Source: Balanoglossus misakiensis (Eukaryota; Animalia; Hemichordata). Taken from it: a stretch of DNA of 64,000 bases. Below, piece after piece: positions 50,301 to 60,685 of this stretch. The notes below the pieces were generated by a model. That model was not told the origin of the DNA. It saw only the letters and a list, made by a program, of their open reading frames with translations, and did no database searches. Made by a program: the position numbers and the translations under genes. The stretch covers positions 1,364,001-1,428,000 of the forward strand of contig CM082598.2 in the NCBI GenBank assembly GCA_040954595.2, in the 5' to 3' direction. The stretch's first letter is position 1. Each line of letters starts with the position of its first letter.

Positions 50301-53300
50301 ATTTTTTAAGTGTTGTCCCTAAAGCTAGATAAAGCTCTCAACATGAAGTCCACAAACTATCTATTCTCAAGGTCTAACAAAAAAGCCTGTCCATAAAATC
50401 TCAGGGCTGAATGGTCAGTACAGGTAGCAGCTACAATACTATGCTAGAGCACCCTCTACAACCACCAACTAGAAAATAAATACTGCCATCTACATTGTAC
50501 CATCTACTCAAGCTTAGTAAAGCTAAAACTTTTGCCATCAGAAATATGTATTTTACACATTATAACAGAAAGATACCCTAGAGAAACAATAAACGAATGA
50601 CCAACAGAATAGTTTTCAATTTAAAGTTTAAGTTAAATAAGTATGTTAATAAATAAACAAACAACTACACAAATTAGTTGGAAAATTTACAAAGAAACAG
50701 TGTATTTTGCAGAAATCTACATGTTTTATACTGTGGTAATATAAAACTGGTGTCAATAAATTAACAAAACACATACAGTGAATACAGTTTAACCTAGGGT
50801 GCATTATTTATGTTAACACTAAAAATTAAATCACTACAGATAAAATAGTGCATACATGTACTTCTGATGGTGTAATACAATTATTTCTACACAACAGAGG
50901 CACTGGTAGTCGAAGACTCCATATTATTGATGTATCAACAAAAACACAAGTGCCAGTTTGAAATCTCTGTGAGAACCTGCAGTCACCACATCAGATAAAT
51001 TTGTAAAATGGTCAGCAGACTAAACGACATCTACCATCTTGAAAATAAAAACATTTACAAAGAATACACCACATACTTGTTCTCGAAACTTCACAGCGAG
51101 ATATGTAGAATGGTCATACATTTTTTGCACATTTTTAATCACAGTTTATTTGACTTTTTCAAAGATAAATAATTGTGGGGGTGGGTTGGTGGGGGACCAT
51201 GTATGTCACCTGTTAGTTTCGAGAGCACTGCAGCAAGAGGAGATGAGCCTTTGATGAGAAGGTTTTTGTTTAGAATTGAAGTATGTCATATGAAGGGACA
51301 GTCTGTATCTTAAGACAGCATTTTGGAAAGTTTTGTCTGAAAAGTTTGTTGGTTGCTAGAGGTTTAGTCACACACTTCTAAAGGTAGTGAAAGGCATGGA
51401 TGAAACAGAAAAATGGTATTTGACACAAAACTGACTGAAAGTCATGAATTACTGCATAAGCTGTGTGTTATGATTATTTTGATGAGGGGTTGACATTTTG
51501 CTACTAAGAAACATGAAAATCACCTGAAAATAGAACACACTGGTCAGAATTTAGCCAGGTTTTAGTGCACATGTATAGATGTGTTGCTGTACACAATCAA
51601 GATGTATTGCCATAGAGACAAGAGCAACATAAAGATGAGGAATAAACCAAACATTTTTTAATCTTTTGATAATGACAGTAATGATACTCACAGGTCTGCT
51701 GACAGGATCACTAGCTGTCGGCTTCACACCGGCAATTTCCTGAAACTGAGCGAACAAACTATCGGCCATTGCGCTGACTCGATTCGCGCCACGGACGCCA
51801 ACATCCAACTCCTCCTTCTTATCCCAGTCTTTCTCTTCATTCTCCGCATTGAGTTCGTTGAACCGTGTTTTCTGGAACTGTTTGCCAAGATCCTGAAAAT
51901 GACACACACACACAAAATAAATACATTTTACCCCTAAAGCCTAAAGACATAATTTTACATATTCAACAGAGTCTATCTGAACCAGCTGATTTCATGGAAA
52001 TGTAATTCATACAACAAGCTTAGCAGTTTATATATAGAAACTCCACGATATGATGTACTACAACCAGTGCTATAGATGCGATCTCCATCCCCAGCTGTTA
52101 TGGGTGATTCACTTTCTAGGCATTTCCATTAAAAAATTTCTTTTCATTCCTTGGATTTTTAAGGACATTCCAGGGGGTTTCAAATTCCAGAATTTTCTGG
52201 GAGTGTCCGGAATCCCACAATTACAGTTCTGAAGACAATACCGTTCGCTCGTAATCCAAGAAAGTTCTCCTCACCGTTTGGTCTTTTGATCTTCTTTTAC
52301 TTCCAGTTGAACTCTTCCGTCTTTGATTCTCTTTCTCTTCCCCATCCTCCCTCCTGGGAACCCTCTTGAATTTCTTGTTCAGTCTGGATAGCAGGGAGGA
52401 ACGGGATGGAGACCTGCCACCCGGAATGAACTCTTCCTCCGGCAGATTTTTCGCAGCTTTGGAAAAACAAAAAGGGAGAAGATGAAAAATGATTTCATTC
52501 CTGGGAATAGATCAATAAGTGGTGAAAGTGATAAGAATTTCTCACACTCCTGGCACGCTGAGAATGTGCGATCAGAGTGTGAAAACAAATCGATCCCACA
52601 CTCTCACAGAATCAAAAGCTGTATATGAAATACCGGTATAATCTGACACACCAAGGACCTGGGATCATATTTCTCACACTCGTCAGGAATTTCTTGTGTG
52701 AGAAATATGATCCCAGGTACTTGGGAATGTGAGATTCTTTTATGTCTGATCAAAATCACCTACCTGGCTGTGTTAGTGGCAATTCTTCTTTCAGTTGCTC
52801 ATAGAATTGGGAGAGATACGCAACCATAGTGAGTTTATCTGGTTCTTCTACGGCAGCCATTTCCAAACCTGTCATCACCGGTGTTATACCAAACTCCTGC
52901 TCGGCTATGTCAAATGCCAACTGGTTGTTTTCAGCGATATTTTCTTCGTCCAGAGACTGGAAATCTCTGCAATGATCAAACGAGCACAATATACATTGGA
53001 TTAGAAAGTTTGCATGAAAAATATGAAAGGAAAAGGTGGCTATCGCCGTATTTACTGACTTGTGTCAAGGGGTCACTGAAACTAGCATGTGATAATATGA
53101 CCGACTGTCAGCAATCTTACACGGTCATTGTCTGTGATTGGTGTATTTCTGCATGGTTAGATGGCTAGGCAAAATCCCTAAGTTTGTGCAGTACATCTCA
53201 TGTGTGACAGGAATTTTGTTACAGTCAAACCTGTTTTATTGGCCACCTCTATATAATGGCAACTTGTCTGTAGTGGCCAGTTTGTCAAGTCCCTATGCAA

Positions 53301-56300
53301 TAAAGGCCACCAGTCTATAAAGGCCAGTTTAGAAAAGTCCCTTGACTGGCCACTATAGACAAGTTCGACTGTTTTACAACTAACTGAAAAAAAACTATTA
53401 TCCTTACATGCTATCAGGTCGGAATCGATGAATGATGGCACACAGAGCGAGACCACTTTTCCAGGACATCGTCATGTTTTCCACGGATATGTTGGGATAA
53501 TCTTCAGTTGCTAGTTGACTCCACTGTAGAAGTTTGCTGGTTCTGATCACTGAAGCTGTTCAAAAAATTCAACAGGAAAAGGAAACAAAAATCAGATCAT
53601 GTGCCCACATCGAATCATTATTCACCAAATCAAGACCAGATTTTCATCGATTTCTCACAATTTTTAACTGTCACTCAAGAGTATTTGACCACCTTAATAC
53701 CAAGGAACATTTAGAAACAAAGTCACTTAAAGCAAAATATGTATTTATTTATGAACACTTCAAAAGATTCTACATTTCACATGACTTGAAGAACTTCACA
53801 ATGTATGTTGAAAACATAAATTGTCAACCATGGTGATCGATCAGATGGATGAGGGATTATGCATATGATTCATTTAAGTCAGTTTGCTGTAAGACACTAT
53901 AGATAATTAACAACATCAGCATCAATGTGTTTGAGTCTATGACAGTGATATCTGTTATATTAATATCTTGTGCGCGACAACTTGTATCAGACTCGGTAAA
54001 TACACCTGTGTTTGCGTCAGAATCGAATTGAGTTTGAAGACCAGCATTGGTGTCAGGATGAGCTTGAGAATAAATGCTGTTGTTGGTGTCAGCAATGGGA
54101 AGAAACTGCAGACTGCCATCATGAGGAATAGTATGAACAGGGAATGTATGGAGATTTTCACAAGTGTCTATTATATGTGATGGGGTCTGCAGATGTCTGT
54201 CCTGTTGGGTTTGAAGACTTCCAACAGTGTCGGTAATGGGGACAGTTTGAACACTGCTGTCTGAATCTGTGTGAGGTGAAATATGAAAGCTACTATCAGT
54301 GCTGGAAGTTGGAAGTGCATGAAGAATGCCACCAATGTTGGCAATGGGGAGGGTATGAACACCGATACCAATACTGTCTTCAGAAGGACTATGAACGCTT
54401 TCATCATTGTCGGTATCAGTAACAACTTCAGTGGTAATACCGGACTCTTTATGCTGTCTACAGCAGTTCTCAATATCATGGCCTGTGATGACTAACTTTC
54501 TGGGGATGGCCGTCAGCCGTTCTAAAATTGCAAGTTGATCTGGTTCTATTGTCAGATTATCAACGTCTGATTCATACAGTAAATGACTGTTCAACAAGTC
54601 ACTTTCCTTTTCAGTGTCTGCCTCATAATCAGGTTCTACAGTTTTTCTATTGTCATTGTCATGTCTTGGCTCTGCATCACTTCCCATTTCAGCAAGATCC
54701 AAAACATCTTCCCTTATTTCATGTCTCATTACAACTTTCTTTAAGACATTGTCTCCACTTCTACGTTCCTTTAGAAAACCAAGGCTCTCAACATCCTCCT
54801 CCGAGTCTACAATTTGATCAAACGACTCAGCAATGTACTCTACATCTCCAAACTCCCTGGTCAAGTCAGTTTCAGTATCCCTGCCAAACATCATGTCTGA
54901 TTCAGGTTCCATTTCTGTCTCTGTCAGCTGATCCTCACACATACCAATATCATGAGGTGGAATATCTCCATGGCAACCATCACCACCTGATATTTCTGAA
55001 TCATATTCAACGAAGCTTTCCGCAGATGTTTGCTTTTCTGGTTCATGATCAGTTTGCACTTCCTTTGTATCATTTTGGGAGACAGCGATCTCTTTTTCAG
55101 CTTCAATTTCAAATGCAAGCACATTTCCGATGACCTCCTCTTCATCAGCACTCTTGGCATCAACAGGTGATGATGGTCCTCTCCTGTTCTTCATCTCCTT
55201 CCAAAGACGTCCCGCTTCTTCCAACACCATCTCCTTGTCTCTTCCTTTCCGGCTTTCCCTCTCCCACATCTTATTGGCAAAGTCATGGAACGGAGAAAAC
55301 GGGACAGGATAGGCAGGTTCAAATTCCTCATATTCCGGATCTGCCGGAATGCTGATGTTCTCCAGTGGAATAAGTTTGCCTCGTTTCTCTTGTAACCGAG
55401 CAGTGAAATCGTCTCCCCCGTCACCACTGTTGCTAGGCTGACCTAACCCAGGCATGATCACCAGCTTTTGAGCCACGTCTTCTTCATCATCAACAATCTC
55501 TTTTGGGAAATTATCCTGGACATCAGATGCATTTAAGTCAGATGCATTATCAACTTGGCATTTTGAGTTCTCTGTAGGTTGTACCGTTTCAGATGTTGTC
55601 TCACTGACGCCCGACACTCCAATACATCTCTTCATATATTTCAGCTTTCTTGCATACACACTGACTTCTGATTCACCAACATCAGCGTAGGATTTGCATT
55701 CTGATGTAGCTTTAACAGTGTATACATTTGCAGCCCCCTCACACTCATTAGAATCCTCATCATTTTCTAGCTGCATCGTCTCTTCACTGCTCTCATCATC
55801 ATCCCCATCATCATCATCTGTAGTTGATTCATCTGTGCTGTCATCTGAATGGGTTGAATTCATGACAGATATTAACAATCATCATCTTGATTGGTTCATT
55901 TTAATGCCAGAGTTGCCCAAAGATGAGTTTCGTCCAATCAATGGTGGTGTTGTTTAGTGAACTGGGATTTGAAGAGAACGGATATATGGCTCTCTGACTT
56001 CATCGATGATTGTTGACTTATCGATGAAATATGTTCTGTGATTTGACTTGGATGAAGTAGATGATTTGAACAATATACCATTTGATACAGGCTTAATCAG
56101 TGACTGGTAATTCATTGATGATCTTGTGTGATGAACAATGATTTGCTATGATCCATGATTTGACGTCCATGATGTCTTCAATGGATTGTAGGGATCCCGT
56201 GATTTGAATCTGACCTAAACAATGATTTGGTATGATCCATGATTTGGCTCTGACATCACTGATGATTTGGCATGATCCATGACTTGATTTTGACAACAGT

Positions 56301-59300
56301 TGATATGATCCATGATTGAGTGCTAACATGATCCAGGATTCCATCTCTCACTGACCAATGATTCGACTTGATCCATGATTTGGTGATCTGTCACATGGCT
56401 TCTTTGGTGCTCCAGACTTTGTAATTTTATGACATGTATAATCATCTTAAAGAAACCATTATATCAAGTGGAAATGTTCAATGTAATATTTGATACACCC
56501 TTTCACCATCATGGTCTGGTCCAAATCCATTGTTTTCTATGGTAAAGTTGGACCTCAATAAGGGGAAACGGGGGTGATAGCTAGGGTTAAAGTGTACTGT
56601 AACCATCACCACACAGGAGAGTGACAATGACAGGCAACCGACCTTGACAACGACAATGCCCTGAGGGAGTACAAAGTACCCCCTTCTAAGAAGTGATTGC
56701 AAGTCATGTTGAAAATAAAGACACTTACTTTTCCTTTCCAGCTTGGGTCTTGCCTTTTCAATCAACATCTCATGACAGATGACATCTTTACCATTATCAT
56801 ACAGCAAGATACAATTAGATGGTTCGACAGCTGCTAGATTCAGGTTGGGATAACGGGTTCTTGGATCAACAGTGTACTGATGCAAATCCTTGTGCAGATT
56901 CTCTGGCGTGGTCTGTGCGAGAAGACGGTAGATACTTTCTCTCTCCGCTAATACTTCAAGGGGTGACTTCCTCCCAGACGCCCAACTTTTCATCATCCAA
57001 GCTGCATCATTACAACCAAGGAAACCTCGGGCACAGCCAGATCCAGTCGGCCAAAACGGCTGTAACATTTTGCAAACCAAAAGAACATGTCATTAAAGTC
57101 ACTCATTAAAAAAAACATAGGGCAACTATGCCCATTTTAAATATATCATTTATGTAGAGGTGCCTCAGAAGGCTATCTGCGACTGAAAGCGTGACTGTCT
57201 TTTCCCGATCTCTGACACAGTCTATGGTCGCTGCCATCTTGTCTGTTGCTAGGACAGCACATGCCGTATGACATTGACTGTATTTAATTTTTTTAACCAG
57301 TGTCTCTGGTTTGGCACATGCGTATAAGATGATTGTTGCCCTTTTAACTCTGATCTCTGTTTGTCCAACTACGTGGGCACTTTCTCACCTCTAGTAAGCT
57401 GTCTCCCACGAGACCAACCAACAACTGCGATCCATTCCTCTCCACAACCCTGGCTGCGTTCTCAGCTGCGTACATGCTGGTGAAATCAAACATGGCGACG
57501 TCCGGCAAGCCGTAGTGGTTCAATGCAAAGTCCAACCGGGGCAGTTTGTGATTGGAGGAGAAATCAGCGGCCTCCCGGGCGTAATTTAAAAGCGCTTCTT
57601 GGCTGATGTTTTCTCCACAAAGCAAGTGTTCTGTGTCTGCGTAGTCCTAGTGAAAGACAAACAGAAGACAGTGAGAGGATATTAAAGCTCTGTATAGCTG
57701 TAACTTTTCGCTATGTTTTCAGTATTTTTGTTTTGTGTTTATACTACAGTTTCTTGTTCAAATCCCTGAAGCATGATGAAATGCCCAGTAGCCAGTTAAC
57801 CGACACAATATATATGTGTATAGTCAGCATTGATATTGTGCTAAGAATGTGCTACCACTGTATAACAAGCGTGCCAGCAAAGTTTGGGCATTTCTGCTGG
57901 GTTCTAACCCATATTTGTAGTGTACAGTGTTAAAGGGACAAAGTCTCTCTCTCGCTGCCCGTTTTTCCATGAATTATGTTTGATACAAGACGCCGTTTAT
58001 ATTATTCTACATGTGGGTATATAGTGAATCAACATTCGACCACCCACAACTTCCATCTCGTTTGTAGGATATGAGAGTAAAAACTCGCCCAAAATGTATA
58101 AATGGTAAAGAACGATTATTCATTTTGGCGAGTTTTTTCACTCTCCTGTCTATAAGAGGGATGGAAGTTGTGTGTGGTTGAATGTTCATTCACTATATAT
58201 ACACATGTGGAATAACAAACGTTGTCTCTTATCAGATATAATTAATGGAAAAAAGGGCAGCGAGAGAGAGACTTTGTCCCTTTAAATCCCTTCAACATAG
58301 AATGAAAAATATTTGATACTCACATGCAGCAAGACGCCTTTTTCAAGCAGACTTTGTTTCTTAGCCGTCATGACAAAATAGTGAGTCTCGTCTTTGTAAT
58401 AAACTATGTTCTCCAAATCTATCAGCGTCTGGGCTTTCAAGTCTTGGAAGAATTTCTGGTTGAAGATGTAGGCGACTCCGCTGATTTCCTCAACTCTTGT
58501 CTCAGCGAGAGTCTTTCTGTTCACAAAGTTGGCGGTGATTGCAATTGCCAGTTTTCCTCGGAACTCTTTCCTCTTAAACCCTGAGAGGAAAAATCACAGC
58601 TTCCATTAGCGCAAAATCTTGTGTATTTCATGCATTTCTGGGCATAACTACACAAAAATAATGATGACTGTGTTTGCACCCATACACATTGATTGTAGCC
58701 ACTAGAAATACGCAAACATTATAGATTTCATTGGTCATTGTTTTTGATACCTCTCACATGATACTATATTGTCATACTGCCATGTTTCACTTCCAACAAG
58801 GCACGGTAATCTTTCAGTCCTAGCTGTTGAGTCAGCTGAGCTAAAATCCCAACATCTCTGTGTTTTTGTAACAACAGTAAAGGAACATTTCCTCGTGCAT
58901 ATTCTGACTTGCCACTTGAGACAATTTTGGACCAAAACTCAAAATACAGCATTTTACCCTCTACCCCATTAACAAAGAAGTTTTGTTTACTATGCGAGCA
59001 TTTTAATTATCCACAGTCCCTGATCAGGAAGCGAATCACCACTTACCACCAAGGGTATTCCGTTTCCCATCAGCACCAATGAGTACATCGAATTCATAAT
59101 CTGCTATCGGATGATTCGGAGGAGTTATGGCTGCTCTCCATCCTATTCCTGTTGAAGAACAACAAGTTGTCAGATACATGTAGCACTCAACATAGACTCT
59201 ATGACAGTCACTGTGCCTTTTGATAAGGAATGGAACTTCGTATGACGCACAGCCAGGCAAAGTAACTCTACATTTCTGTACACATATATTTGATATGAAC

Positions 59301-60685
59301 ATTCATGTCAAAGAAGGGGCTGGCTTAATTCGCTTATAAAACCACGTAGAAGTTCACCAAGTTCACAGTACATCGACTTACTTTCTTCCTCCTGATCTTC
59401 TGGTGGTTCAATCAAGCCATCAAAGGATGTATTGCCGTGGACTTCCACACCAAACAGTAGGGATACTTTCAGCAGGACACATTGCAACTGTCTGATACCT
59501 TGAAAGCAAAGTTGAAAAAATTAGAAAGTAGTTTGGCCAAGAGTTAGCTGATTGGCAAATTGTGTGGACTGTGCCCTAACCTTTACCTTTCTGTGCTTGT
59601 TTTTCACACATGGTTTTCTTTGTACCATGGTGCATTCACGTACCAGGTTTCACCTACATGTATTTGATACCATATACCAACTACATACCATGGCATTATG
59701 GGCCATACTATTAGAAAAACTAGAGTAAACAGATTGATTTCTTACTTATGTGATCGATGGAGCCTGCACAGAATTTCCCGTAAAATTTCTTAGCACCAAG
59801 ACTACGGAGATCTTCGATGACATACGGCCACAAATGGAGGACGTTGTTTCTGCTGAATCGGTCTCTCTTCTCCACGACGACCACTTTAGCACCTAGCAAC
59901 GAGGCTTCAATGGCCGTACGCAGACCACATGGCCCCGATCCTATAATGAGCACCTGTAATGTTGACAAACAAAACAAAATAAGTATACAGGTAGAGATGT
60001 TGACAAACAAAACATCTTTACAGTTTGACTTACTGTAACTGGTAATTCCATTATTAATCGCCCAATGAGCTGCCATTTATTTTCATGAATTAGTACTCTA
60101 ACACTTAGAGTGATCCATTTAAAGGCCGACAATTATCTTATGCGCATGAGCGTAATTTTGTATGTATAATTTAATAAACATTATGTCCAATCTAAATGTT
60201 CTGTAAATTTTGTGTAGGACACAAATAGTGGACTGACTTCACTTCCTTCTATATTTCATAGACCACATCGCGGATAGGGTATCTGCAATGCATGATGGTA
60301 TAATTTGCGTTCAACATAGCGTCTAGTACATGGCTAACGCACGCGCTCAGAACGCAAACTGTCCCACAACTCCCTGCGTTATTCTATCCGTGAAGTGGTC
60401 CATGCATAACGTATACGCAGACTTTAGTTTCCCCACCTTTAGATTTGTACACGCCTTCCCTCCCTTGTAATCCTTCTGTTTGGCTTTCTTGTCCAGTTTC
60501 GCCCAGAGCGTCTTGGCCTTCCAGTGGGTCAGCCGATTCTTGAGATGGGGGTAGCACGTCTTGAAGTCGTTCGGCTTGACCTCGAGATACTCACAGAGTT
60601 CTTGAAACGCACTTATGATTGTGCGGAAGGTGTTTGCATGCATGAACTGGTCGAAGAGACACGTGCTGTAGTCTGGTTCTCCCAT
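38321..60685 (-). CDS. MICAL: MICAL F-actin monooxygenase (MO-CH-LIM-long disordered region-bMERB), 24 coding exons, ~2,889 aa
   Basis: GxGxxG FAD motif ([10 protein letters not shown]), DG and GD motifs, CH, LIM and C-terminal coiled coil. All introns GT-AG and phase-consistent; exon sum 8,670 nt. Confidence 0.95.
38436..38570. mobile_element. Family A TTAA MITE, truncated
   Basis: ttaa|aggaacaaagtctctctc...tgtttgatacaagac; one end only. Confidence 0.7.
38609..38723 (-). CDS. MICAL: MICAL bMERB exon
   Basis: [37 protein letters not shown]. Confidence 0.9.
39051..39124 (-). CDS. MICAL: MICAL bMERB exon
   Basis: [24 protein letters not shown]. Confidence 0.9.
39370..39472 (-). CDS. MICAL: MICAL bMERB exon
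   Basis: [24 protein letters not shown]. Confidence 0.9.
39884..40100 (-). CDS. MICAL: MICAL coiled-coil/bMERB exon
   Basis: [21 protein letters not shown]...[16 protein letters not shown]. Confidence 0.9.
40176..40332. mobile_element. TA-target Tc1/mariner-pogo type MITE
   Basis: ta|cagtaaaactccaattatccgaa ... ttcggataattggagttttactg|ta; perfect 23-bp TIR. Confidence 0.9.
41597..41620 (-). CDS. MICAL: MICAL 24-nt microexon (VFKRRKSK)
   Basis: tttacag|gtctttaaacgcaggaaatctaag|gtatcc; phase 0-0. Confidence 0.6.
41730..41970. mobile_element. Family A TTAA MITE, truncated
   Basis: ttaa|agagacaaagtctctctctcgctgcc; right TIR missing. Confidence 0.75.
42087..42247 (-). CDS. MICAL: MICAL exon
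   Basis: [10 protein letters not shown]...[12 protein letters not shown]...[15 protein letters not shown]; ccctag acceptor, aag|gtaaat donor. Confidence 0.8.
42365..45871 (-). CDS. MICAL: MICAL giant exon (3,507 nt; acidic then Lys/Pro-rich disordered region)
   Basis: Lies within the 1200-aa ORF; ttcag acceptor, gtaag donor, phase 1-1. Confidence 0.85.
46071..46234 (-). CDS. MICAL: MICAL acidic exon
   Basis: [18 protein letters not shown]...EEEEELDY; phase 2 to 1. Confidence 0.8.
46612..46901 (-). CDS. MICAL: MICAL exon
   Basis: [17 protein letters not shown]...TPERII...EEEVASYN; phase 0 to 2. Confidence 0.85.
47226..47308 (-). CDS. MICAL: MICAL LIM domain, C-terminal exon
   Basis: RFYCRPHF. 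Confidence 0.9.
47380..47636. mobile_element. Family B MITE fragment, inverted relative to 8386-8714
   Basis: gaattcatttgtcaacaataac...ttacacacatacatggtatg...agcatgctgtttggagta is the reverse complement of ~8400-8580. Confidence 0.7.
47647..47845 (-). CDS. MICAL: MICAL LIM domain exon
   Basis: [36 protein letters not shown]. Confidence 0.95.
48864..50270 (-). CDS. MICAL: MICAL 1,407-nt exon of repeated helical motifs
   Basis: ctgctag acceptor, cca|gtaagt donor, phase 0-0, open for 469 codons. Confidence 0.8.
51692..51892 (-). CDS. MICAL: MICAL exon
   Basis: DLGKQFQK...[19 protein letters not shown]...SRP; phase 0-0. Confidence 0.85.
52275..52456 (-). CDS. MICAL: MICAL exon (alternative in-frame donor at 52242)
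   Basis: [30 protein letters not shown]...KDQT; phase 1 to 0. Confidence 0.75.
52650..52724. repeat. Intronic inverted repeat (~29-bp arms)
   Basis: ccaaggacctgggatcatatttctcacac / gtgtgagaaatatgatcccaggtacttgg. Confidence 0.85.
52764..52966 (-). CDS. MICAL: MICAL CH domain exon 2
   Basis: DFQSL...[19 protein letters not shown]...[15 protein letters not shown]. Confidence 0.95.
53222..53371. mobile_element. TA-target pogo/Tigger-type MITE, diverged
   Basis: ta|cagtcaaacctgt ... acaagttcgactg; internal ggccac repeats. Confidence 0.6.
53408..53555 (-). CDS. MICAL: MICAL CH domain exon 1
   Basis: KLLQWSQ...[24 protein letters not shown]. Confidence 0.95.
53857..55863 (-). CDS. Intronic acidic ORF with HMG-box-like segment; alternative first exon of MICAL or nested gene
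   Basis: ~2-kb open frame in ~40% GC DNA with Asp/Glu-rich composition; first ATG at 55863, in-frame stops just upstream. Confidence 0.6.
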   Translation of the reverse strand: MNSTHSDDSTDESTTDDDDGDDDESSEETMQLENDEDSNECEGAANVYTVKATSECKSYADVGESEVSVYARKLKYMKRCIGVSGVSETTSETVQPTENSKCQVDNASDLNASDVQDNFPKEIVDDEEDVAQKLVIMPGLGQPSNSGDGGDDFTARLQEKRGKLIPLENISIPADPEYEEFEPAYPVPFSPFHDFANKMWERESRKGRDKEMVLEEAGRLWKEMKNRRGPSSPVDAKSADEEEVIGNVLAFEIEAEKEIAVSQNDTKEVQTDHEPEKQTSAESFVEYDSEISGGDGCHGDIPPHDIGMCEDQLTETEMEPESDMMFGRDTETDLTREFGDVEYIAESFDQIVDSEEDVESLGFLKERRSGDNVLKKVVMRHEIREDVLDLAEMGSDAEPRHDNDNRKTVEPDYEADTEKESDLLNSHLLYESDVDNLTIEPDQLAILERLTAIPRKLVITGHDIENCCRQHKESGITTEVVTDTDNDESVHSPSEDSIGIGVHTLPIANIGGILHALPTSSTDSSFHISPHTDSDSSVQTVPITDTVGSLQTQQDRHLQTPSHIIDTCENLHTFPVHTIPHDGSLQFLPIADTNNSIYSQAHPDTNAGLQTQFDSDANTGVFTESDTSCRAQDINITDITVIDSNTLMLMLLIIYSVLQQTDLNESYA
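56729..57059 (-). CDS. MICAL: MICAL MO exon 7
   Basis: [14 protein letters not shown]...[16 protein letters not shown]...DPRTRYPN. Confidence 0.95.
57389..57646 (-). CDS. MICAL: MICAL MO exon 6
   Basis: YAREAADFS...[10 protein letters not shown]...LVGDSLLE. Confidence 0.95.
57934..58281. mobile_element. Family A TTAA (Kolobok-like) MITE, full length
   Basis: ttaa|agggacaaagtctctctctcgctgccc ... gggcagcgagagagagactttgtccct|ttaa; palindromic over most of its length. Confidence 0.9.
58324..58580 (-). CDS. MICAL: MICAL MO exon 5
   Basis: [18 protein letters not shown]...[26 protein letters not shown]. Confidence 0.95.
59047..59148 (-). CDS. MICAL: MICAL MO exon 4
   Basis: GWRA...[16 protein letters not shown]. 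Confidence 0.95.
59382..59498 (-). CDS. MICAL: MICAL MO exon 3
   Basis: [20 protein letters not shown]...LIEPPEDQ. Confidence 0.95.
59746..59953 (-). CDS. MICAL: MICAL MO exon 2
   Basis: [16 protein letters not shown]...[11 protein letters not shown]...[10 protein letters not shown]. Confidence 0.95.
60437..60685 (-). CDS. MICAL: MICAL first coding exon
   Basis: [14 protein letters not shown]...[14 protein letters not shown]...YKGGKAC; acceptor at 60701, ATG at 60685. Confidence 0.92.
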
